Notes under the pieces: generated by a model | The model's database searches: none | Told to the model about the DNA's origin: nothing | The model's input: only the letters and a program-made list of their open reading frames with translations | Shown: positions 19,108-28,348 of the stretch, piece after piece | Numbering within the stretch: position 1 is the stretch's first letter | Layout of the letters: every line of letters begins with the position of its first letter | Made by a program: the position numbers and the translations under genes | Sequence record: OP310983.1 | Length of the DNA stretch: 64,000 nt | Strand: one strand, 5' to 3'

Positions 19108-20646
19108 ATGAAACCGATTCTTACAGCAGAACGATACACCCATGGTGTTCGTTTATCCGGTTACGATCGGGAAACATACTTAAAGATGACTGGATATCTT
19201 AATAAACTGGTTTTAAAAGAACCTAAGAAGATACCTGGTCAACGCACCATAATGGAAATAAAGAAAAAATATTATGGTGAAACAGAAGATGGTAAATCTG
19301 TATTCATCCATCGTGAATGTCTTCAAGAACTTATTAATTATCTAGCCGATAAGAATATACCATCTACTAGAATTGAAATTGTAGATATTCCTGTACCAAC
19401 AGCTGTTAAAGTAGACTATACTTTATTTGAACATTATGTTCTAAGGGATTATCAGGAAACCATCCGCGAAGATATTCTAAGACCACATTTACATTCAGCA
19501 CGTGTTGATTTACAGACTGGTAAAGGTAAAACCTTAACTAGTTTAGCTTCAGTTGCAGTAATGAAAGAACGTGGTGTTGTTATGATTCCACCTAAATATT
19601 TCGGTATTTGGGAGAAAGCATTAAAAGAAACATTTGTTGGTTATGAAGATCAGCTAGGTATAAAATATTTAAAAGTATCTGGATCTGCTGAGTTACAGAA
19701 TCTAATTAATCGCGGACTAGAGAATGATTTAGAGGGTGTTGAAATTATTCTCATTAGTTCTACAACATACCGTGCATATATCGATACTTTTGAACGATTA
19801 GGTGAAAAAATCGATGTAGTTGGATTTAATGTACCACCACCTAGATTCCATGAGGTTATTGGAGCAGGTTGGCAGATCAATGATGAGATTCAAGAAGATC
19901 CAGGATTAGTATTTCGTACTGATCTATATACCAATGTCAATAAACAAATCTATTTATCAGCTACTCCATACACTGGTAATCAGTTTGTTACTAAAATGAT
20001 TGATGTCATGCTACCTGCCACTACAAAGTGTAGGTTACCTGCATATGACTCATACATCAATGTTATTGGCTTGTTATATAGTGAACCAACTATTAAACCT
20101 AAGGACTATTTAACTCCATTTAAAAATACATATAACCATGCTCGTTATGAAACAGTAATGATGAAGAATCCTAGGCGACTAGACTTCTATTTAAAGATGG
20201 TTAAACGTATTGTAGATGGCGTTTATATAAAGGATCGTATTGAAGGTCAGAAATGTTTGCTATTATGCGCGACTGTAAACTTTATCGATGTACTGACAGC
20301 TTATCTTAAGAAACAATATCCAGATCTTCAGATTAATAGACATGTTTCGGGTAGTCCGTATGATAGATTAATGACTAATGATATCACTGTATCAACTATT
20401 AAATCATCTGGTACTGGTGTTGATATTAGGAATTTAAGGGAAGTTATTCTATTACAAGCAACTGACTCTAAAAAGGACAGCATCCAAATTCTTGGACGAC
20501 TAAGACCATTGAAGAACTGGCCTGATGTAATACCAAGGTTAACATTCATGGTTTGTAATAACATACCTCATCATTGCAGATACGCTAGAAATAAAGAAAA
20601 TCATTTCATGGGTAAAACTAAAAGTATGCGCATGATGCGTTTATAG
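19108..20646 (+). CDS. Superfamily 2 helicase (gp75-like)
   Basis: LRDYQ Q-motif, QTGKGKT Walker A, INDE motif II variant, LSATP, GTGVDI and QILGRLR; start uncertain (19033 GTG or 19108 ATG). Confidence 0.88.
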   Translation: MKPILTAERYTHGVRLSGYDRETYLKMTGYLNKLVLKEPKKIPGQRTIMEIKKKYYGETEDGKSVFIHRECLQELINYLADKNIPSTRIEIVDIPVPTAVKVDYTLFEHYVLRDYQETIREDILRPHLHSARVDLQTGKGKTLTSLASVAVMKERGVVMIPPKYFGIWEKALKETFVGYEDQLGIKYLKVSGSAELQNLINRGLENDLEGVEIILISSTTYRAYIDTFERLGEKIDVVGFNVPPPRFHEVIGAGWQINDEIQEDPGLVFRTDLYTNVNKQIYLSATPYTGNQFVTKMIDVMLPATTKCRLPAYDSYINVIGLLYSEPTIKPKDYLTPFKNTYNHARYETVMMKNPRRLDFYLKMVKRIVDGVYIKDRIEGQKCLLLCATVNFIDVLTAYLKKQYPDLQINRHVSGSPYDRLMTNDITVSTIKSSGTGVDIRNLREVILLQATDSKKDSIQILGRLRPLKNWPDVIPRLTFMVCNNIPHHCRYARNKENHFMGKTKSMRMMRL

Positions 20647-20652
20647 TAAATG

Positions 20653-20697
20653 GCATAAATGATCCCTCCCTTAGTTGGGAGGGATTATGCTTTTTTT
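20653..20697 (+). terminator. CATAA-hairpin-TTATG element with T tract
   Basis: gcataa..atccctccc-ttagtt-gggagggat-tatgc-ttttttt. Confidence 0.7.
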
Positions 20698-20705
20698 ATT
20701 TTTTG

Positions 20706-20742
20706 TATTTAAAGCATTTTAAACAGTATATCACAAATGTGA
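20706..20742 (+). promoter_or_regulatory. Early promoter repeat copy (TATATCAC)
   Basis: First 26 nt identical to 58432-58457; 34 of 37 nt identical overall. Confidence 0.7.
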
Positions 20743-20763
20743 TAAAACTATAGGGTATTTACA

Positions 20764-20829
20764 ATGAAGAAAAAATTGATTATGATTACAATTGTAGTTA
20801 TAGCTTATAAACTATGGGAGTGGAAATAA
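20764..20829 (+). CDS. 21-aa hydrophobic peptide (not in ORF track)
   Basis: SD agggt; MKKKLIMITIVVIAYKLWEWK; TAATG coupling to the next ORF. Confidence 0.55.
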   Translation: MKKKLIMITIVVIAYKLWEWK

Positions 20830-21086
20830 TGTATACAGTTGATCAGATCTTTGGTGCAACATGGCTTCTAGTCAGTACTTTGATCTTAGTTGATATTCTT
20901 CTAACATGCATGCTGATATTTATTATTAAAACATATCTTGAGTTTAAAGATATCTTTAATAAAAGTGCATGCCAGTACGCTATGCTTTTTCTCTCCGTAA
21001 GCATTGTATTAGTTACCATATGGGTAAGTACTATTGTTAGTTGCTGGACTAACTATTCACTGACATGTACAACTTATCTATTTTGA
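20829..21086 (+). CDS. Small two-TM membrane protein
   Basis: Two hydrophobic segments; ATG 20829 overlaps the upstream TAA. Confidence 0.7.
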   Translation: MYTVDQIFGATWLLVSTLILVDILLTCMLIFIIKTYLEFKDIFNKSACQYAMLFLSVSIVLVTIWVSTIVSCWTNYSLTCTTYLF

Positions 21087-21098
21087 TGAGGTGTCTAT

Positions 21099-21290
21099 AT
21101 GGCTCGGGTATTGTTATTTTTAGTACCACTATTAATTGCATTTAGTGGATTAATAACTTCAATTATATTTCTTGCTGCTGCTAAAACAATCAAACAAAAA
21201 GCAATGATTGTAAGTGGCTTGATTTGCAGTATGTTTACCCTTATGTTAGGGTTGTGGTTATTTAATATGATAATCATGCATATTAAATAG
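21099..21290 (+). CDS. Small two-TM membrane protein
   Basis: SD gaggtg; two hydrophobic helices. Confidence 0.75.
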   Translation: MARVLLFLVPLLIAFSGLITSIIFLAAAKTIKQKAMIVSGLICSMFTLMLGLWLFNMIIMHIK

Positions 21291-21345
21291 ACATGCTATG
21301 TAAGAACAATTGATCATTGTTCTCTAATAATAAGAGCATCCCACT

Positions 21346-21540
21346 ATGGTCTTTTTGTGTCAACTTATAGTAATAGCCCTTGTGGCTAGTATGGGATATA
21401 AAAGTTATCAGATTTATCTTTATGTCAAGTTTGACTTAGATAAAGATAGTATTAAATCCCGGTATGTTCGCCAAAAGACACTGCTTGTTGTTTTATATGG
21501 CTTCTTTGCTTTATTCCCATTAGGATATCTGATGGTTTAA
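21346..21540 (+). CDS. Small two-TM membrane protein
   Basis: Hydrophobic N- and C-terminal segments; hairpin follows. Confidence 0.65.
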   Translation: MVFLCQLIVIALVASMGYKSYQIYLYVKFDLDKDSIKSRYVRQKTLLVVLYGFFALFPLGYLMV

Positions 21541-21635
21541 TAAATATTACCCCGCCTTTTATTGGTGGGGTAATATGCCATCTTTATATCAAAAGACTTT
21601 TGAATATCATATCCCACCCTGATAAGGAGTAGACC

Positions 21636-21779
21636 ATGCAAGTACGAATTGAGGTAATCAATAGTGAGGGCAATCTGGATATCGAAGAACGGGTTGATAT
21701 CCGCCCAATGAAGGGGTTAACGGCCTGGATGGTCGCTCTAGCTATCAAAGGTCTTGTAGCTAGCTTTGCACGTAAGTAA
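21636..21779 (+). CDS. 47-aa protein with an amphipathic/hydrophobic C-terminus (not in ORF track)
   Basis: SD taaggag; MQVRIEVINSEGNLDIEERVDIRPMKGLTAWMVALAIKGLVASFARK; hairpin follows. Confidence 0.7.
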   Translation: MQVRIEVINSEGNLDIEERVDIRPMKGLTAWMVALAIKGLVASFARK

Positions 21780-21784
21780 GGCGA

Positions 21785-21830
21785 CATAAACCCCTCTCCA
21801 CATGGAGAGGGGCCTGTCTTTATTTTTTTT
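21785..21830. terminator. Bidirectional hairpin terminator
   Basis: cataaa-cccctctcc-acat-ggagagggg followed by a long T tract; lies between convergent genes. Confidence 0.7.
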
Positions 21831-22327
21831 TATTTAGTTAACGGCTTGTTTAATTCATTTAACTGGTTATTGTTATTAACAGCTTCATTATGGGTAATAT
21901 TTCTACATAATTCAATTATGTATTCTACCTCAGAATAAGCTAATTCAAAGAATTCAGTTAATGACATATTAGATAAGCTACCTACTTTATACTTGAAGAA
22001 ATCTCTAGTCAGTCTCCTTCTCAACCCACCTTCGATAAAGTCCTCTTTAGGATTTACCTTATTTAACCACATGGGTCCGTTTTCTGGTGAACCGATATCG
22101 TAATCAAGTAGATATGCTTCTCTTGTTAAACGTGCTGCTGTAGACGGTCTTACTGCCCCTACTGTCGATAATAGTCTATCTAAGTGTGTATCATCTTCAG
22201 TTAACTTATCATAACCAAAGTTTGGATGTAGGATGTGACCACTATCTTCCTTGAAAGTGGCCTCAAGACGACTATATCTCAGATCATTAACTACACCATC
22301 CGGTTTGACTTCGAGGCCGCCAAAGTA
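21830..22327 (-). CDS. gp76-like ORF, probably the -1 frameshift extension of gp77 (TAC GT-like)
   Basis: Frame open from 22345 to 21833 with no ATG/GTG/TTG before 22072; overlaps the gp77 end at a T7 slippery run. Confidence 0.6.
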   Translation of the reverse strand, partial: YFGGLEVKPDGVVNDLRYSRLEATFKEDSGHILHPNFGYDKLTEDDTHLDRLLSTVGAVRPSTAARLTREAYLLDYDIGSPENGPMWLNKVNPKEDFIEGGLRRRLTRDFFKYKVGSLSNMSLTEFFELAYSEVEYIIELCRNITHNEAVNNNNQLNELNKPLTK

Positions 22328-23892
22328 AAAAAAGTTGACAGCATGTCAATAGGGATTAAGTGTGGGAAACGTTCTTTAAATTTAGTAGCAGCAGGTGACT
22401 CACATACTGGACAATTCCAACTTGTAATTGCAATCATTCCAATTAGTTGTGAATCAATGAAGTTACTCACCGCATTAATAAAGCGGTCATTATATTCCGG
22501 TGTGGATAGAATATTAGTTAAGAACTTTTCAATAGTTTCACGATTAGTGGTTGCAGTACGAATATTGTCTTCAGAACTTTCACCATCGTCATCTTCACGT
22601 ACTTTAATTTCTTTAACAAAATGTGAGAACTGACGGGCAATAGAGATCTTTTGTAAACGTGCAATATACTGAGAACGTTGCGGACCATCGACTGGTTCAT
22701 TAAAACTACCTTGAGTCATATCGATAATTGAGTTAATCCAACTATCACCAGACTCTCGGCGATCAGCAATTGTACACATCTCAAGAACAACACCAACGTC
22801 ACCAAACATTTCAGTTACTTGAGTTTCAATACGGAATCCTTCTTTATAAGTCTTAAGATCAGATTCAGTACATGCATTAAACTTACGTGCAATATATTTC
22901 TTTTGTTCTTCTGAGAATGCCAGTAGATCATATTGAACAAGCGTTGACATATTAAGTTTCGCTGTTTCAATATGGTTACATGTATTGGCATCTGCAATGC
23001 ATGGATAACTATAATTAAATCCATCTGGATACATAGTCGCCGCTAGTGCGTGATGCAAGAACGGCTCATCAGCTACTGAGATAACATGCTCTAGATCAGT
23101 TGGGGTGTTGAACTTATAGTTGGATTGAATAACACATGCAAGTGCTAAACTACTAACCATGTTAAGTAACACAGCTGCCATGTTTGAGAACAGCATACCT
23201 TTTGATTCAGCGCCTAGCCGGATCTTTAATTGTGCTAGACGTGCTTGTAGGGCAGCTACTTCAGTACCAGTAGGTGCACGTAGTTTTACCCAAATACCTG
23301 AATGAGGTAGGAAAGTATCATATGGCGTACCGATGTTAGCTTTACGTGTTAGGAAAACTAGAGTTTCATCATCGGTCATTTTACGACCATTGGTATTAAA
23401 TACAGGTCGGCCAGGTCGAATGATCTTTTCACCATAAGGAATTTCACTAGACCATTCAGAACCTTCTCGGGCAGTTGCACCGATTGGTGCATCTTCAACA
23501 ATAGAGTGAGCTAAGCCTTCCAGAATAGCAGCTGTCCACTTTACACCGTCACTAGTGTCATCTACTTTATTATCAGCAAATGCTTTAAATAGTTCTTTAT
23601 TGTGATCCAGGAAATTATAAACAGTCTGGGGATTCTCACGTAGTAAAGTAAGAATGCTAGCACTATCTTTAATAGCCGGTTCAGAAGCATCCCGGATATT
23701 TCCAGTTTTAGCATTACGTGGAATACGTAGTTTAATTTCTTTTTGATCAGGAACGAAAGGTGGAGTTTCCACCTCGTCATTATTTTCAATACTAGAGTCA
23801 GGATCGTGTTGCGCATTGATCTCATCAATTTGATCTAGTAAATTCTCTTCTGGAGTATCATCGTACTCATTATCGAAGTCAGCAGTAGCCAT
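22291..23892 (-). CDS. gp77-like protein, putative tail/baseplate assembly chaperone
   Basis: 533 aa with SD; acidic N-terminus, WVKLRAPT, two Cys clusters (C..D..TC and WNCPVC); function inferred. Confidence 0.75.
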   Translation of the reverse strand: MATADFDNEYDDTPEENLLDQIDEINAQHDPDSSIENNDEVETPPFVPDQKEIKLRIPRNAKTGNIRDASEPAIKDSASILTLLRENPQTVYNFLDHNKELFKAFADNKVDDTSDGVKWTAAILEGLAHSIVEDAPIGATAREGSEWSSEIPYGEKIIRPGRPVFNTNGRKMTDDETLVFLTRKANIGTPYDTFLPHSGIWVKLRAPTGTEVAALQARLAQLKIRLGAESKGMLFSNMAAVLLNMVSSLALACVIQSNYKFNTPTDLEHVISVADEPFLHHALAATMYPDGFNYSYPCIADANTCNHIETAKLNMSTLVQYDLLAFSEEQKKYIARKFNACTESDLKTYKEGFRIETQVTEMFGDVGVVLEMCTIADRRESGDSWINSIIDMTQGSFNEPVDGPQRSQYIARLQKISIARQFSHFVKEIKVREDDDGESSEDNIRTATTNRETIEKFLTNILSTPEYNDRFINAVSNFIDSQLIGMIAITSWNCPVCESPAATKFKERFPHLIPIDMLSTFFTLAASKSNRMV

Positions 23893-23903
23893 TTAAAACT
23901 CCA

Positions 23904-24398
23904 TTATTGTTGAATTAGTTTTTCGTCCCAACCAGCTTCTCGAAGAGTGCCGATCATCGCTAGGATTACACCATCAATACCGCGTTCAATAGCACCTTCA
24001 ATACCAGTGTATTTAGTAACAAGTTCACTGATGAGTTTTAGTTCATCTTCATTATTTGCTGGACCAGCCTTACCTTGATGTTGTGCATATAGGACACTGA
24101 TAATTTTAGTTAGTCGATTAAGGTCAGCAATAACTGTTTGTAGGTTCTTTTGGAATCCAGTAGGATCAGATAACGTCGGAATGATTTCATTGATCTTATT
24201 GATAACTGGATTAATGAATACTTCAGTTTGTAGAATACGTTTACCTACGGAACCTGCTAGTACATTGACAACATCCCAACCATCACGGTTAAGAATATGA
24301 TCAGCTGCGGCAGCTGATGCTCCAACTGCACGTTCAAATAGACGTAGAGTCTTTTCCTGTTCTTTAGTTAGAGTTGGTTCTTTAGCTTTATTTGACAT
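23904..24398 (-). CDS. Hypothetical protein (gp78-like)
   Basis: 164-aa helical ORF. Confidence 0.8.
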   Translation of the reverse strand: MSNKAKEPTLTKEQEKTLRLFERAVGASAAAADHILNRDGWDVVNVLAGSVGKRILQTEVFINPVINKINEIIPTLSDPTGFQKNLQTVIADLNRLTKIISVLYAQHQGKAGPANNEDELKLISELVTKYTGIEGAIERGIDGVILAMIGTLREAGWDEKLIQQ

Positions 24399-24569
24399 CT
24401 TGTTATACTCCGATAGAGGCTTAATTTAATATTTGCCAATATAAATTGACAAATGAAAAAAATGATTAGTTCAACATATATTTAACACATTTGGTAATTT
24501 TACACTATATTAAAGAATAACTATCTGTCCAACCCTATGTTAATAATTCCGTATAAAAAGGATATCGTC

Positions 24570-25427
24570 ATGAAAGATTTCATTGATAGTTATCTTACGC
24601 CTCTTATACATGAAGAGCGTAAAGAAGTTATCCTAGACTGTGTAGCATCTTTTGAAAAGATCAATTATGTTGCAGCTCTAGATGAACTAAATACAGTATG
24701 TCAGATTCAATCAGGTATCTCAGATAATGCAATGCTTCTTTCTCGCATTGATGATATCATTCGCATTGCACAAGATGAAATTCTAAATGAACATCTTATT
24801 AAAATTAGTGATGAAGCAACTCAGGCTGAACGGCAAGCTGTTGTTAATACACTCCTTAGTTTAGAAGATTACATTATTCCAGATGAAGTGAATGATATTC
24901 TGTTAGCCGAATATTCACCCGAAGAGACGTTAGCACATCTGGTAGAACTTATCGATACAAGTGTAGATTTCTTAAATATCATTGACTTAATTGAAAGTGT
25001 ATCACCAACACTTATTAGTAATATTACATCATTTATTCAGTCAGTACTTACTACCCGTGGTCAAGCATATGGCAATGTAAGTAATGTCGAACGGATTAAT
25101 TTAATTAATCGCCTTATTCGTATTCATACGCGGGCATCATTTAAGTTAGCTATGGAACTAGTTAATGCAGGATTACGTGTTGGTAAAAGGAATATTGATG
25201 ACCTATTACAAATTTCATTTGGCCCATTAGATGCTATGACGCCTATTGAAGTTGCTAAAGAAATTGTCGGATTGGTATTAATTTCAAATACTGAACAGAA
25301 TGAAATTAGTAGAACCGTAATGAGTATTATAGATGATTTCACATCTAACAATATTGAACGATCTATTATGGAAAATGAAGCTAAAAAGATTTTAAATAGC
25401 ATAGGTGATACTAATGAAATTACGTGA
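24570..25427 (+). CDS. Conserved hypothetical protein (gp79-like)
   Basis: SD aagga at ATG 24570; overlaps gp80. Confidence 0.8.
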   Translation: MKDFIDSYLTPLIHEERKEVILDCVASFEKINYVAALDELNTVCQIQSGISDNAMLLSRIDDIIRIAQDEILNEHLIKISDEATQAERQAVVNTLLSLEDYIIPDEVNDILLAEYSPEETLAHLVELIDTSVDFLNIIDLIESVSPTLISNITSFIQSVLTTRGQAYGNVSNVERINLINRLIRIHTRASFKLAMELVNAGLRVGKRNIDDLLQISFGPLDAMTPIEVAKEIVGLVLISNTEQNEISRTVMSIIDDFTSNNIERSIMENEAKKILNSIGDTNEIT

Positions 25428-26763
25428 TTATTTTCTAATGGGTATCAATGCTGGATTAGATAAGAAACGAGCATGGGTTAACGTTTTATTTAATATCGTT
25501 TATAACCCAAATGATGGTGGTGAATATCTATACAAGCCATATTTCAAAGATGGTAAAATGTTCTTCTATAAAGAAGGCGATTCTAATGATGAAGTTGTTT
25601 ATATCGACGATTATATTGAAGGTAAACAACCATTAGCATTTCGAGATGAATTCATTTTACAACCTGGTGAAATTGAAAACTATAAAGGACCAGGTGCATT
25701 AAGAACAACTTATGGTAACGTTTTTGTTAACCATTTAGTATTATGTTTACCTTTTGGTGATCTGTTCCCATTCCAATCTGGTTATTTCGATATTGGTAAA
25801 GTTGAGAAAGAAATTCTTAACCGCATGATCGATGATCCAATTGATGATGATAATCCACCGCGTGCAACTGATGGTAAGTTATATGTATGGCAATATCGGA
25901 TGTTTGCAGATCATTGTTTAGCATTGCCAGCATATGCCAGTACCTTGGTAACATCCATTACTGAGAAATCAATGACCTCTGCACCAGACAGAGATAAGTT
26001 ACGTAAAGAACTAGAAGAGAAATATAAAGATCGGTTAGATGATCCGGCTGTTATTGCAGAAATGGGTAATGCATTAATCAAGCTAGATGAGGACTATCTA
26101 AAAGACGATCCTTCTTATGAGTTCTATGACACTAAACATAGTAAATTATTTGGTGGCGTGCGTAAGAAAGTATTTGGTATGTTTGGTGGGGAAGCGCCAT
26201 TCCAAGATGGTACATCAGTTGAATATATCGGTAAATCATTGGAAGAAGGCATTGACACTGACCATATGCCAGTGATGAATAACTCATTACGTTATGGTTC
26301 ATATAACCGTGGTGCACAAACAGCCCTAGGCGGTGAGTCAACTAAAACGATTTATCGAATGGTTGGTACAGTCAGGATTATTATGGAAGACTGCAATACA
26401 TGGATAGGTATTCCAACTACTGTTCACCAATTTAATAAGAAAGATTTCATTGGCTTGTCTTATGTTAAGAATGGGAAATCTATCCTTATTGAAGAAACTA
26501 ATATTGATGAACTAGTTGGCACTGAGATTGAACTACGTGGTCCAATGACATGTAAGGCCGGTGGTGATCCAGCTAATGGTGTAATAGGTAGAGGTAAGAA
26601 CGTATGTGCTGTCTGTATGGGTAAACAAATGTCAGAGAACCCCAATGGCATTCCGGCAGCAGCAGCAGGTGTTGGTGGTCGATTCCTATCCATCTTCATG
26701 TCTAAAATGCACAGTGCTGTTCTTAAGACTGTTAAATGGTCTTATCGCGATCGCATCAGTTAA
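25414..26763 (+). CDS. Virion RNA polymerase beta'-like subunit (gp80-like)
   Basis: TTYG, bridge-helix-like RGAQTALGGESTK, EDC..., C...VCAVCMG Zn site, trigger-loop-like MSKMH. Confidence 0.85.
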   Translation: MKLRDYFLMGINAGLDKKRAWVNVLFNIVYNPNDGGEYLYKPYFKDGKMFFYKEGDSNDEVVYIDDYIEGKQPLAFRDEFILQPGEIENYKGPGALRTTYGNVFVNHLVLCLPFGDLFPFQSGYFDIGKVEKEILNRMIDDPIDDDNPPRATDGKLYVWQYRMFADHCLALPAYASTLVTSITEKSMTSAPDRDKLRKELEEKYKDRLDDPAVIAEMGNALIKLDEDYLKDDPSYEFYDTKHSKLFGGVRKKVFGMFGGEAPFQDGTSVEYIGKSLEEGIDTDHMPVMNNSLRYGSYNRGAQTALGGESTKTIYRMVGTVRIIMEDCNTWIGIPTTVHQFNKKDFIGLSYVKNGKSILIEETNIDELVGTEIELRGPMTCKAGGDPANGVIGRGKNVCAVCMGKQMSENPNGIPAAAAGVGGRFLSIFMSKMHSAVLKTVKWSYRDRIS

Positions 26764-26825
26764 AATAGATGGAGAAGTTACTCAGCTTCTCCATTATTTA
26801 GATTATAACCCGAAAGGAACTAGTA

Positions 26826-28247
26826 ATGTCTAAAAAGAATCAACGATTTGGAAAGTTTCCTCAACTCAATCGTTTACCTGAAAAACCTATTGTCAAAGAC
26901 GAAGTTTTATCAGAAGTAACTGAAGATAAGCCAACTTCTGAAATTGGTCGAGGATTAACAAATATTGAATTAGTATCTCCTGAGGAAGTATATGCTACAG
27001 CAGATGATATTAATTCTTCAGTTAATACAGTTAACGATACCTCAGAATTAGCTAAAGTTAATGTAAATGCACTGCGTACTGACCATGATATTCCTGAAAC
27101 ATGGACAGATGAAAACGTCATTGAATGGTTTACCAATGATGGCATTGCTAAAGGTAAAACTGAACTCGGTAGCTTTGTATTTGACCCAACCCGTAAATAT
27201 CGTCCTTATGATGAATGGTCAGATGATGAACTAATCGATGCTGCTAACCATCGTCTAACTGGTGTAGTTAATGATATTGCCGATATTGCTGATGATATTT
27301 TAACTAAAAGGGCTAAAGAGAATGAGACTACTGAGGAAGTAATTGTACCGGTAGTTAATGAAGATACTCTGAAACAAGATATTCGCAATACTGAAGACAG
27401 TATCAAGCTTGAAGAATTAGTCAAGCAACTGCGTATTCACACTAGTGATATTCCACTAGATTGGTCTACCCAAGAAGTGGTTGATTTTGTTAAACAAGGT
27501 ATTACTCCACCAAAAACACTACGTGGTAGTTGGGTTAATAGTGTTATTCGTGATAATGCTCCACCTACCGATTGGACGACAGCAGAGCTTGAAGACTGGG
27601 CTGAAGGACTTATTAAAAATAGTAATCTGATAAAAGATTTTAAAATTGCTATTGAGTTACGCGATCGTTTATTCTTACCTACCACTAGTCAAGATATTGA
27701 AACTATTGTTGAACAATGGAAAGTATTCTCTGGTAAAGATGATATTAAACCAACCGGGGAAGTTAAAATCTTGAATAGTGAATCAACATCTAATGAACCT
27801 GTACTTCGTAAAGGTATGACCAAAATGAACCAAGTATTTATCGAATCTCGTCTAGAGCAGTTTGCCACTGGTGCTAAACCTGGTGACTATATCACTATCG
27901 AACGTGGTGGCGATGCACAAAAGAAACTAGATGATGTATTCAACTACGTAATGACAATCGAAGATATTGAAGGCTTTAAATCAGGCATGGATATTATCTT
28001 TGATTTCGTTAAGAAAAATCGTAATACTCTATTTAGTGAATCTAACGCACTTCGCTTTGTTGCTACTCTACCTACTCAGAATAACCGTCAAGAAGCACAC
28101 ATTAATCTTCTTACTCTATTCTGCCTATTTACTAGTGATGTATCAGATGCGCTTTATCAGGTAGATATTAACTATCTTGCACGTTTCATCCCTGAAGGTA
28201 AGCGGCAACTCGTTCTACACTTCTTCCGGCAGAAAGCTGGTATGTAA
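26826..28247 (+). CDS. Conserved hypothetical protein with an internal duplication (gp81-like)
   Basis: Two DIP..W(T/S)..(N/E)V..(W/F) ... W(S/T)..EL units. Confidence 0.8.
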   Translation: MSKKNQRFGKFPQLNRLPEKPIVKDEVLSEVTEDKPTSEIGRGLTNIELVSPEEVYATADDINSSVNTVNDTSELAKVNVNALRTDHDIPETWTDENVIEWFTNDGIAKGKTELGSFVFDPTRKYRPYDEWSDDELIDAANHRLTGVVNDIADIADDILTKRAKENETTEEVIVPVVNEDTLKQDIRNTEDSIKLEELVKQLRIHTSDIPLDWSTQEVVDFVKQGITPPKTLRGSWVNSVIRDNAPPTDWTTAELEDWAEGLIKNSNLIKDFKIAIELRDRLFLPTTSQDIETIVEQWKVFSGKDDIKPTGEVKILNSESTSNEPVLRKGMTKMNQVFIESRLEQFATGAKPGDYITIERGGDAQKKLDDVFNYVMTIEDIEGFKSGMDIIFDFVKKNRNTLFSESNALRFVATLPTQNNRQEAHINLLTLFCLFTSDVSDALYQVDINYLARFIPEGKRQLVLHFFRQKAGM

Positions 28248-28248
28248 A

Positions 28249-28278
28249 CATATTGCCTCCCCTAGGGGAGGCTTTATG
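28249..28278. terminator. CATA-hairpin-TATG element
   Basis: catatt-gcctcccc-ta-ggggaggc-tttatg. Confidence 0.6.
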
Positions 28279-28348
28279 CTGATTATTACTTTTACTAGGC
28301 ACTAATATAGTACGTAGATAAATATCAATATGTGCTGAGGTTATAGCA

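Noticed and set aside
21584-21787. 67-aa minus-strand ORF
   Set aside because: Antisense to a plus-strand 47-aa ORF that has a strong taaggag SD and fits the cassette orientation
22235-22633. 132-aa plus-strand ORF
   Set aside because: Antisense shadow over gp77 and the gp76 extension
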